This document shows, piece by piece, positions 1 through 11,629 of a DNA stretch of 64,000 bases. The position numbers and the translations under genes are program-made. The stretch lies in NCBI RefSeq assembly GCF_006345805.1, contig NC_043014.1, positions 48,236,001 through 48,300,000 on the forward strand. The letters run 5' to 3'. The first letter of the stretch is position 1, and each line of letters opens with the position of its first letter. The notes below the pieces were generated by a model that was not told the origin of the DNA, ran no database searches, and saw only the letters and a program-made list of their open reading frames with translations. This stretch comes from Octopus sinensis. Taxonomy: Eukaryota.

Positions 1-67
1 CCGAACCGCTAAGTTACGGGGACGTAAACATACCATCATCGGTTGTCAAGCGATGTTGTGGGGACAA

Positions 68-98
<31 letters not shown>

Positions 99-687
99 CA
101 CACACATGTACATATATACGACGGACTTCTTTCAGTTTCCGTCTACCAAATCCACTCACAAGGCTTTGGTCAGTCTGAGGCTATAGTAGAAGACACTTGC
201 CCAAGGTGCCACACAATGGGACTGAACCCGGAACTATGTGGTTGGTAAGCAAGCTACTTACCACACTGCCACACCTAGAAAAATCTCTCTATATATAAAC
301 AGCAAAATGTCTGTGTGTGTATCCTTTATACAAATCCACAATTTTTCAGTTAGAGGGCTCGCACTTTCTGTGGTCATTCAAAACTGTCCAAGGGTGGTCG
401 TGCACACCTTTACATTTCCCCAGTCCCCCCGCAAAGCCATCAAAAAATAATCGATAAACCGACCCCTTATGATTCAGGTAACAAAAGTCTTTAATACAAG
501 GGACGTGACTCACTCCAGCAGCTTAATCTAAAGATATTAAACCATTGCAAGGGAAATAACTCTTTATATATATATATATATATATATATACTACTAATAT
601 AAGATGAAGTTTTTTTCTCTACAGAAAAGAATTCCATCAAGAAATGTGGCAGCATATTAAAGAACACCTTTACTGTTAAAATTATAA

Positions 688-917
688 ACAACTTATAAGC
701 AAGGGCTAAAGAAGATTATTTCAAAGCCAATATGCTGATTTTCCACATATAATCCACTTGCTGCAGAAAAATTGAACTGAAGTCGGGCAAACTAATTTAA
801 ATATTCTAATGGTTAGTTTGCCCGACTTCAGTTCAATTTTTCTGCAGCAAGTGGATTATATGTGGAAAATCAGTATATTGGCTTTGGAATAATCTTCTTT
901 AGCCCTTGCTTATAAGT

Positions 918-920
<3 letters not shown>
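688..920. repeat. Foldback inverted repeat, 108-bp arms, 17-bp spacer
   Basis: 688-795 is the reverse complement of 813-920 with 2 mismatches. Confidence 0.95.
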
Positions 921-948
<28 letters not shown>

Positions 949-1372
949 AAACACACACGCACATATATATATATTATAGCCTCAGTTTTGTGAGTGGGTT
1001 TTGTAGTCGGAAACTGAAAGGAGTCTGTGTGATATATATATATATTTTTGTTTGTGTGTGTGTGTTTATACCCCCACCATTGATTGGCAACTGATGTTGT
1101 GGTGTTTACATTCCCATAGATTCAGCAAAATACACTGTTAGAATAAGTACTAGGATTACATAGGATAAACCCTGTTGTTGGTTTTTTTCCAGCATGGCCG
1201 CAGTCACATGACTGAAACAAGTAAAACAATAAAATATGCCATTTTAATCCCGAGCAAGGCCGTGTATCTCTGCTAGTTTGAAATCAATTATTTTCTTTTT
1301 TCCATATTCTTAATCTCCATATTTTTCCACGTAGATTGAAAGAAAAAAAAAAATTCGAAAACAAGTTAACAT

Positions 1373-2082
1373 TTAAAAATTTGGGGTGGGGAGGTGGTAA
1401 TTGAAAATTTTGAAAACTTGGTTTTGGGCATATTCTTTGTCAGCGTCCAACCACTGAGCTGAGCATCGCCAGTTGTCGTAAAGAATCCACTTTTCATTGC
1501 AAGTCACAATCCAGTCGAGACGACGCTTCAAAATGGCTTTTTTTTTGGTTGTCATTCAATTCGTGCCGCACCCATTTCTCAAGTATTTTTGCTTTTCCGA
1601 TTTCTTTCAAGTGGTTGGAAATTGTCATATACATTATGTCTAATTCAGAAGCAACCTCTTGAACAGTTGTGCATGGATTGGCTTTGACTAAGGCTCTTAG
1701 TTGATCCTACCACTATGCTTATCATCTTCAAGACTCTCGTCACCGCTACAAAATTCCTTGAACCACAATTGTGCTGTACATTCATTAGTGGTTCCTGGGC
1801 CAAATGCTTCATTGATATCGCGAGCTGTTTCAATAGATTTTTGGCCTAGCTTGAACTGGAATAAGAAAATTGTGCGAATTTGCTTTTTGTCCATGTTGTA
1901 TTCAACGTTCCGAAAAAATGGCCAAATTATTCAAAAAGAAAAAGAGTAACATGATAAGATAGAGCAAAAAACAGGCTTTAAAATGATATCCAAAATCAAA
2001 GTAATTTAATGAAAATTAATTTGAAAATACATCATTTAAAACTAAAATTATAAACTCCGCAAGAACTTTCTTGACGACCTAA
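1373..2082 (-). mobile_element. Internally deleted mariner (Hsmar1/SETMAR-like) transposon
   Basis: MDKKQIRTIFLFQFKLGQKSIETARDINEAFGPGTTNECTAQLWFKEFCSGDESLED (mariner N-terminal HTH); WIVTCNEKWILYDN (decayed TCDEKW catalytic motif); TIR TTAGGTCGTCAAGAAAGTTCTTGCGG beside TA at 2083-84. Confidence 0.9.
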
Positions 2083-2429
2083 TATATAGTAGAAGATAAA
2101 GTTGAATTGTGCAATAAACCTCTTATCTACATGCCTTTTGCCTTTCCCATTTATTAAAAAGAAATTCCATACTTTAACTCTTTAGAAAGCGGATTACACT
2201 GTCAAATGTAATGTTTATTTATTCATCTTGTTTAGAATTAATCACACATTATCTTGTATCTTTAACGTTTTAATGATTTGAGTGTTTAATTTTAGAATGA
2301 CATTCTAGGGTAGTCGTGAGAGGCTGGATCTAACTGGTTTGAATGTGTAGGAACAGGTTAAATGTTTGGTCTGGATATGGCTAGTTTAGACGCAATTTTG
2401 TATAAAAAGAAAGAGAAATTCACATGTTT

Positions 2430-2850
2430 GCTTATTTTCAATTATTTCCTTTCCTCATGCACACAATTATACATACATGTATACGCACATACGCACATAC
2501 AAGCACACATACACAAAGTAAAGCACTGTTATTCCCCCCATACACACACACAATCCCTACGCATATACACACATATATATACACACACACACACTGCAAA
2601 CAAAACACACACACACACACTGCAAACAAAACACACACACACTACATATACATACATGCACACACACATACTTCAAACTACCAGTACCTTCCACTGACCA
2701 TTCACATGTGTAGGGAGAGACACAACAGGAGCCACTCCTACTATAAATTCTTCCTATGACCTCAAACGATACTAAGCCCAACCACACACGTAGATTAACA
2801 GCCACAACCACACACACACTCCTGCACATACCCACACATACACACACATA
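2430..2850. repeat. (CA)n / (CATA)n low-complexity tract
   Basis: Interrupted CA runs; source of the H/T-rich spurious ORFs. Confidence 0.9.
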
Positions 2851-3628
2851 CCTCCTCTTGCACTCTCCTGTCTTTGAAAGAACTTTTTCTTCACCTATTC
2901 CCTTCTGGTCATTCAATATGTGACCGCGTGTGTATCGTTGGCGATTTTTTTTTCCTCCGTCTTCCCTTCCTTGGATCTTTCCTTCTTCTATGTTTTTGAC
3001 AAAGAGCTCCGCTCGAAATGTTAAATCCACTTTCTTTCTTTCCTTTCCTGAGCGTCCAATAACACTATACTTGTTCCACGTCCTCGGTTTGTTGTGTTTT
3101 CTCTTTGTGTTTTCATGTTCGGATTAACTATATGTAAAAACATATTCTCGCCTTGAACTTAAAATATTCTGAGATGTATAAAAAATCCATTTTAATTTTT
3201 GCTGTCAAAAGGCTGTATATATATACCAAAGATTGTATATATATACATGTAATGTGACAATTTGCGACAACCAATAATTAACGCAACCAATTCCCAATAA
3301 TATATTTGTTTTATCCTTTTCTGCCAAATTTTCCCAAATATTCTCATCACACTATTGAACTTCTCTGTTACCAAACACTATATTTATACATGTAATGTGA
3401 CAATTATATACAAAAAAACATTTTTGAATTCATAATATCCAATGTGACAATTATGTAAAAAACTTTTTTTGAATGCATAATATTCAATGTGACAATTATG
3501 TAAAAAACTTTTTTTGAACCCATATTATTCAATGTTTCCTTAAATGTAACTTTTGACAATCTTTTACCAAAGAGTGAAACCGGTTAAGTAAATAAACATC
3601 GTTTAAATTGCCTTTTCAAACCTTTTTT

Positions 3629-3662
<34 letters not shown>

Positions 3663-3667
<5 letters not shown>

Positions 3668-3897
3668 GTTGTATACTGTCAACACAACGTGACAGTCCCG
3701 TAAAGGGAATCACCACCGCTATTTAGCCCTAGGAAGCATTGATGCTTCCTGTCGGCTTTGACACATTTCCTGTGTCCTTATATTTGCAAAGGGGAGGCAA
3801 GCACTCCTGCTAGCTAGGATTAGCTCCTGGAGACATGTTTCTGGGTCTTGCTCGTCATCAGTCCAGGGTAGTAAGTCCTGCTACCTCTTTGCAAATA
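3663..3897 (-). mobile_element. Second, diverged copy of the hammerhead-bearing element (cut off by a SINE at 3897)
   Basis: Aligns by eye along its length to the reverse complement of 11286-11548. Confidence 0.75.
3826..3867 (-). ncRNA. Minimal type I hammerhead ribozyme motif (copy A)
   Basis: Minus strand CCTGGA CTGATGA CGAGCAAGACCCA GAAAC AT GTC/TCCAGG: perfect 6-bp stem I, CUGAUGA and GAAA core, GUC cleavage triplet. Confidence 0.75.
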
Positions 3898-5415
3898 CTC
3901 TTTACTCTTTTACTCTTTTACTTGTTTCAGTCATTTGACTGTAGCCATGCTGGAGCACTGCCTTTAGTCGAGCAACCCGACCCCGGGACTTATTCTTTGT
4001 AAGCCCAGTATTTATTCTATCGGTCTCTTTTGCCGAACCGCTAAGTGACGGGGACGTAAACACACCAGCATCGGTTGTCAAGCAATGCTAGGGGGACAAA
4101 CACAGACACACAAACACACACACATATATATATATACATACATATGACAGGCTTCTTTCAGTTTCCGTCCACCAAATCCACTCACAAGGCATTGGTCGGC
4201 CCGGGGCTATAGCAGAAGACACTTGCCCAAGATGCCACGCAGTGGGACTGAACCCGGAACCATGTGGTTGGTTAGCTAGCTACTTACCACACAGCCATCC
4301 TTTTAAAGTGATTTATTGAATCAGAAATAAACTTATAAGAAGGTATTTCTAAAGGTGTTTCTTTTACAAATGCTAAAAACAAAAGTGCTTGAAATTAAAT
4401 GTTTATTCAGAACAGTTGTAATTTAAATTCAGTTTGTTAACCAGCGAATGAGTATTTTATTTCTGTGTTATCTTCCTGGTGTAGATATACCCGTGTGTCT
4501 TCTTGTTGTAAAAATAAATAAAAGTCATGTGTATCTTCCTGGTGTAAAAATAAATCTGCCTGCAACTGCTTAAAAAAATCATACATTTGATTTATAAAAA
4601 AAGCTGTAAAATTTGTCATTTATTTATATCTTTGACTAAGAGAGAGAGAGAGAGAGAGTAAGGAGGAGGAGAGGATGGAGAATAGAGAGAGGGAGGGAGA
4701 TGGAGGAAGAGAGAGAGAGAGAGATTTGTAACACAGCTGTTATGTATGGAATAGATAGAATGTGGTAATCAGTAATAGTGACCGATACCTTTATAGGTGT
4801 AGAGGCGCAATGGCCCAGTGGTTAGGGCAGTGGACTCGTGGTCGTAGGATCGCGGTTTCAATTCCCAGACTGGGCGTCGTGAGTGTTTATTGAGCGAAAA
4901 CACCTAAAAGCTCCACGAGGCTCTGGCAGGGGATGGTGGTGATCCCTGCTGTACTCTTTCACCACTCTTTCTTCTGTTGGCCTGCTCGCCTAGCCAGTGT
5001 GGTTGTCATCATTGGAAGGCTAAAACAATGCGAAGCACATTGTGACTAGCAATGTGTAGCAACATCTGATGGTCTGGTTCCTCACGTGATCATGTGACCT
5101 TTGTAGGTGTGTATGGGAATGGTAAACTTAAAAGTAAACAAAAATTACCATGACAAATATATGAGTAATAATAATATTATTGTGTTCTGAAATAGGATTA
5201 AGATGGTCTTCTTTGTAGAAAACTGTCTAAGGAGTGTTTCACACAAACTTGGCAATGATGAAATGAAAATGTGGGATTTTCAACTGAGATGACCTCGAAA
5301 AATGTCAAAGACCAGAGAATTTGTAATAGTTGTTTCAGGCACAGGGCCTGAAGCTTTGGGAGGGAGCTAGTTGGTTATATTAACCTCAGTACTTCATTTT
5401 ATTGACCCTGGAAAG

Positions 5416-5419
<4 letters not shown>

Positions 5420-5504
<85 letters not shown>

Positions 5505-5528
5505 TAATAATAATAATTAATAATAATA

Positions 5529-5561
<33 letters not shown>

Positions 5562-5612
5562 TAATAATAATAATTAATAATAATAATTAATAATAATGAT
5601 AATAATAATAAT
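5420..5612. repeat. (AAT)n microsatellite with ATG and AATT variants
   Basis: About 190 bp of aataataat. Confidence 0.95.
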
Positions 5613-7109
5613 GTTTTCTTTATTGGCCGGCACAAAACAAACGCGGTTTAGTACAATATTTGTGTATTAAATAACAATAACAATTAAAAATGAAAATTAA
5701 ACAATAAAGATCCCTTAAAGGGAGGATTTCCTCTCAAGGCCAATCAAGGAACCCCACACATTTTGAAGAAAAATTTCTGAATGATGATGATGATGGTGAT
5801 GGTGATGATGATGATGATGATGATCCTTTCTACAATAGGCACAAAGCCTTAAATTTTATGGGGAGAGGACCAGTCAATTACATCGACCTCAGTCTGTAAC
5901 TGGTACTTAATTTATCGACCCCCTAAAGGATGAAAGGCAAAGTTGACCTCGGTGACATTTGAACTCAGAACAAGAAGACAGATGAAATACTGCTAAGCAT
6001 TTTGCCTGGCATACTGACAATTCTGCCAGCTCACCACCTTCAATAATAATAATCATCATCACCATCATCATCGTTTTATGTCCGCTTTCCATGCTAGCAT
6101 GGGTTGGACGATTTGACTGAGGTCTGGCGAACCAGATGGCTGCACCAGGCTCCAATCTCATCTGGCAGAGTTTCTACAGCTGGATGCCCTTCCTAACGCT
6201 AACCACTCTGAGAGTGTAGTGGGTGCTTTTACGTGCCACCGGCATGAGGGCCAGTCTGGCGGCACTGGCAACGGCCACGCTCAAATGGTGTTTTTTAAGT
6301 GCCACCTGCCACAGAAATCAGTCCAGCGGCACAGGCAACGACCTTGCTCAAATGTTTTGTTCACGTGCCAGTAAGGCAATGCTGGTAACAATCATGCTCA
6401 AATGGTGCCTTTTACGTGCCACCAATAATAATAATAATAATAATAAGGCGCAGGAGTTGCTGAGTGGTAAGTAGCTTGCTAACCAACCACATATGTGCCA
6501 GATGAGATTGGAGCCTGGTGCAGCCATCTGGTTCGCCAGACCTCAGCATGGAAAGCGGACATTAAACGATGATGATGGTGATGATGATTATTATTATTGG
6601 GCAAGTGTCTTCTGCTATAGCCCCGGGCCGACCAATGCCTTGTGAGTGGATTTGGTAGACGGAAACTGAAAGAAGCCTGTTGTATATATGTATATACATA
6701 TATGTATGTGTTTGTGTGTCTGTGTTTGTCCCCCTAGCATTGCCTGACAACTGATGCTGGTGTGTTTACGTCCCCGTCACTTAGCGGTTCGGCAAAAGAG
6801 ACCGATAGAATAAGTACTGGACTTACAAAGAATAAGTTCTGGGGTCGATTTCCTCCACTAAAGGTGGTACTCCAGCATGGCTACAGTCAAATGACTGAAA
6901 CAAGTAAAAGAGTAAAGAGAATAACACTGCTCGAGTGCACCTCAACCTTTTGGAAAAGAGTAAAAGAAAGGAAAGAGGGCAAAAATGAATCAAATAGAAT
7001 TGAATCTGGCAAGATTTGAATTCAGGGCATAAAGGGTAAAAAGAACAACCACAAGGGGTTTTGTCAAATGCTGTGGTGGTTCTACCTATTCAGAGTTTGT
7101 AATAACAAT

Positions 7110-7760
7110 AAAATCTGCCTCAAGTCTGCTTCGTGTTTATCTTAGGTCTGCTTCAAGTTAGCCTCCAGTATTCATCAAATCTGCCTCAGGTCTGCCTCAT
7201 CTACCCTAAATCTGCCTCAGGTCTATTTCATGTCTGCCTCAAAGGTGCTTCAGTCTACCTTAAGTCTGCCTCAAAGGTGCTTCAGTCTACCTTAAGTCTG
7301 CCTCAAGCGTACCTCAAGTCTGCCTCAGGCATACCTAATATCTACCTCAAATGTGCCTCAAACTACCTCAAGCCTGCTTCAAGTCTACCTCAAGTCTGCC
7401 TCAGGCATACCTAATATCTACCTCAAATGTGCCTCAAGTCTACCTCAAGCCTGCTTCAAGTCTACCTCAAGTCTGCCTCAGGTATTCCTAATATCTACCT
7501 CATATGTGCCTCAAGTCTACATCAAGCCTGCTTCAAATCTACCTCAAGTCTGCCTCAGGTATACCTAAATATCTACCTCAAATGTGCCTCAAGTCTACCT
7601 CAAGCCTGCTTCAAGTCTACCTCAAGTCTGCCTCAGGTATTCCTAATATCTACCTCATATGTGCCTCAAGTCTACATCAAGCCTGCTTCAAATCTACCTC
7701 AAGTCTGCCTCAAGTATATCTGAAATCTGCCTCAAGTCTACCTTGAGTTTACCTCAAGAA
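7110..7760. repeat. Minisatellite: 11-bp monomer (TCT[A/G]CCTCAAG) organised as 77-bp higher-order units
   Basis: ATGTGCCTCAA anchors at 7351, 7427, 7504, 7582, 7659 (spacing 76-78). Confidence 0.93.
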
Positions 7761-8329
7761 ACTTGAGCTTATTCATAATTTCAAGGTTCTTAGGTGACTG
7801 AAAATACAGGTCAGACTCCCCACCTCTCATTAACTGGACACTAATTTATCACAGGGTTAGACCCCTCCCCCACCACTCCTGTTTAGTGTTTTCAATTTTG
7901 TATTTTTAATGTCAGATCTAGCATTTAACAAAAAAAAATAGCAGTTTGAAAAAATATATCTAGCATTTTTCTCTGATCATGACATTTCCATAATAGTTGC
8001 CCTTTTTTCTTTCTTTTTTTCTACTTTTTAAAAAAGTATTTTACAGCCAAATTTCAGTATTATTGGTTATTGTTGAATTTTTTCTTTTACTTTCATGATA
8101 TTCCAAATAAAAAGTAACCGAGAAATTTATGGTCACCTTTTCAACTGTGACTAAGTACAAGGAATGGAGATAACTCATGTAAGCACCTGAGTTACCCACA
8201 TGGAAAAATTTTATGACTATAGGATCTAATAATACCAATGTAATGATGGGGGTTTTCCAGAAATTAAAAGGGGAATTTCACATAATATTAATAATAATAA
8301 TAATGAAAGTATTGTATACAGTGCTCAGG

Positions 8330-8690
8330 TGCACCACAACTTGTCAGAAAGTGAGTATAAAGCATATGCAGTAATGTACAAATGTCTGGAAAGCGAACAG
8401 TGTATGAGTCAGATACATGCTTGCGTGTGTATGGAGGGGAGAAAATCAGGTGTAGTGTTGGCGAATCTCAGGAAACATGGAAGTTTTGAAGGATGCAGTG
8501 CTCCGACAACTAACAACTGATGCCAGCAGTTTGTTCCATGCTTCAGCAACTCTTAGTGTGAAAAAATGTTTCCTAAAGTCTTGGGAGCTGTGTTGTTTTC
8601 TGACTTTGTAAACATGCCTATGAGTGTTAGACGGGTGGAGTTTGAAATTTCTTCTATCTAGAGATATGTTACTCTTTACAGTTGGCAATA
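8330..8690 (-). mobile_element. CR1/L2-type LINE 3' end fragment
   Basis: RKHFFTLRVAEAWNKLLASVVSCRSTASFK matches the CR1 C-terminal R..FF..RV...WN.LP..VV...S...FK motif. Confidence 0.8.
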
Positions 8691-10559
8691 TTCCACACTT
8701 GGGCTGAATGCCTGCACAGGAACTTAGAATTTTTAGTATCTGAAGACTATAAATTATTCTCTTACTTCTTAACTAGATAAACAGTCTATAAGTAGCTTCA
8801 TCCTACTTACTATCAGTGATAAGGAGCCCTTAATCATTGTAAATTCTTGTGTATCCAGGTGACTGTCAATAGATCCGATTGTATGTCGAATTATAAGCCA
8901 ATGGTTTGATTTACAAACTCACTTCCAAACTACAAGTACTGTATATTTGTCCATTTAAATATATGGATAGTATTAAATTGAATTTCAATTGAAACAGTTT
9001 TTCCACAGAGGTCAGCTTTACCTTTCATCCTAAGGCAGCAAGTTGGCAGAATCGTTAGCACACCAGGCAAAATGCTCAGCAGCATTTAATCCATTTTTAT
9101 GTTCTGAGTTCAAATGCTGCCAAGGCTGGCTTTGTCTTTCACCCATTCAGGGTCAATAAAATAAGTACTAGTTGATAACTAGGGTCAATGAACATCCTGA
9201 CCTTGTGCCAAAATTTGAAACATATTAATAGTTAAATGGAAAATTTTGCAATATGTCTAAAAAGATTTCTTCTAAGCAGAACTCATCATCATCATCATTA
9301 TTGTTTAACATCCATTTTCCATGCTGGCATGGGTCGGATGGTTTGACTGAAGTCTGGAGAGCCAGCGGTTGCAGCAGGCTCCAATCTGATCTGGCAATGA
9401 TCAGGATGAAAGGTAAAGCTAACCTCTGTGGAATTTGAACTCAGAATGTAAAGACAGACCAATGCCACTAAGTATTTTACCCGGTGTAGTAACAATTCTG
9501 CCAGCTCACCACTTCTATTTATCTATCAATATTGTCAAATTCAACTACAGCTGTTCAGCAGTATGCGTAGAATCAAATTGAAACTGAAAAACAAAATGCA
9601 GCTTCTTGTGCTTGGATCAATACTTTCTGTAAAATATGGCCCCAAAAAATATGACAAATGTTGCAAAAACTTCAGCCTTTCAAAGCCTATATTTAACAAG
9701 ATCGGGACCCTGAATGCATACAAAAGTCAAGACTCAGAGACTGCCGCTGAAAATGAACAAATCAGTGGAATTATTTGGAAATTATTTTTCAATCATCATC
9801 ATCAGCATCGTTATCTTCATTATTTAACGTCCATTGTCCATGCTGGCATGGGTTGGACGGTTTGATTGGGCTGGTATGCTAGAAGACTGCACCAGACTCT
9901 AGTCTGATTTGGCATGGTTTTCTATGTCTGGATACCCTTCCTAACACCAACCACTCTGAGAGTGTAATGGGTGCTTTTATGTACCACCGGCACGGGTGCC
10001 ATTTGCATGACACCGGGGTGTGTTTATGTACCACTAACATGGGTTCCAATTTGTGTGACACTGGTGTCTGCAACAACTGCAATTTTGCTTGGCTTGATGG
10101 GTCTTCTTCTCAACCAGGACATAATACCAAAGGTCTTGGTAATTGCTTCCGTGAAGCCCAACACTCGAAAGGAACTCTGCTACTTTGCCTACATGAGGCC
10201 CAACACGCGAATGGAACTCAGCTACCTTGCTTCTGTGAGGTCCAACACTCAAAAGGAACTCAATCACTTTGCCTCCTTGAGGCCCAGTGCTTGAAAGGAA
10301 CTCAGCCACTTTGCCTCTGTGGGGCCCAATGCTCGAAAGGAACTCAGTCACTTTGCCTCTGTGAGGCCCAATGTTCAAAAGATGTTTTTTACGTGCCACC
10401 AGCATGGGGGCACTTGGTTTCACAGGTCCTCTCAAGCACAGCACATTGCCTAAGGTCTCGGTCACCAGTCATTGCCTCCTTGAGGCTCAAAGTTCAAAGA
10501 TCATGCTTCACTACCTTATCCCATGCTTTCCTGGATCTACCTCTTCCACAGGTTCCCTC

Positions 10560-10870
10560 CACAGTTAGAGCTCAGCACTTCTTTACACAGCTGTCCTTGT
10601 CCACACACATCACATGACCATACCAGCGCAGTCGTCTCTCTTGTTCACCATATCTGATTCCTCTTATGCCTAACCTTTCTCTCAAGATGCTTACACTCTG
10701 TTAAACATGCACACTGACATTGCACATCCAGTGAAGAATACTGGCTTAATTTCTTTCAAGCCTACACATGCACACAGGCATCAGACAATCAGCCTTTCAC
10801 TCTGAGAGAGAGAGGCCCTTTGTTGCCAGCACGGGTAGGAGCTCTCTGAACTTTGCCTAGCCTAATCTTA
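10560..10870 (-). mobile_element. RTE-clade LINE 3' fragment
   Basis: Minus-strand translation includes QERRLRWYGHVMCVDKD (RTE C-terminal RRLRWxGHV motif). Confidence 0.75.
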
Positions 10871-11135
10871 TTCAATGTTGAATGTAATTAAGGAATGTAA
10901 ATAAAAATTTTTAATAATTTAGCTAGCATATCTGTGTTGTCAAAATTGCTGACTGTTTTATTAAAGATAGAAAATGCCATTATCAAAACAATGAGAAAAA
11001 CTATTGATAAATGTTACTTCACTTGATGGTAAATAATTATTTGCTCTTAACAAATTGGGCTTCTAGACTACTTGTCTAAACCATGTTTTCTTTCCTTTTC
11101 TTTCTTACTTTTATTTATGTTATATGTTCTTGATA

Positions 11136-11548
11136 AAGTAGTTGTATGCTGTCAACTTAATTTGACAGTCCCATGAAGAGAATAACACTACTGTTATTTA
11201 GCCACTACTGCATAAATCTCTCTGAGAGATTTAGAAATGCATCATTTTTATTTTTTAAATCAGTGAATGTATTTCACTAAAATAATTATGTTTACAAGGG
11301 CTAGATAGGCATCTAGCATCCAACTAGCAGGCCATGCTACTCCAGACTGAAGACGAGCAATGACTCAGAAACTAGTCTCTGAATGCTGGCTTAGCTGGGT
11401 GGAGGTGCTTATCTCCCCCTTGTAAACATAAGGACGCATGAGATGTGTCAAGGCTGACAGGAAGTGGTACTGCTTCCTAGGGCTAAATAGCAGTAGTATT
11501 ATTCCCTTCATGGGACTGTCACATTAAGTTGACAGCATACAACTACTT
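11136..11548 (+). mobile_element. 413-bp non-coding element with 68-bp terminal inverted repeats enclosing the hammerhead (Penelope-like derivative or MITE)
   Basis: TIRs 11136-11203 and 11481-11548 (4 mismatches), TA on both flanks, inner 15-bp IR at 11286-11300 / 11417-11431. Confidence 0.75.
11341..11383 (+). ncRNA. Minimal type I hammerhead ribozyme motif (copy B)
   Basis: TCCAGA CTGAAGA CGAGCAATGACTCA GAAAC TA GTC/TCTGAA: 5/6-bp stem I, GAG/CTC stem II, GUC triplet; stem I covaries with copy A. Confidence 0.75.
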
Positions 11549-11564
11549 TATATATATATATATT

Positions 11565-11629
<65 letters not shown>

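Noticed and set aside
4800-4880. tRNA genes at SINE heads (also 11735, 23383, 27322, 40693)
   Set aside because: A/B boxes are present, but no complete cloverleaf with an acceptor stem was evident, and each runs into a shared repeat body.
9541-9865. Possible exon of a minus-strand gene in non-repeat DNA
   Set aside because: Acceptor-like sites exist, but the frames either stop early or show no recognisable domain or matching donor.
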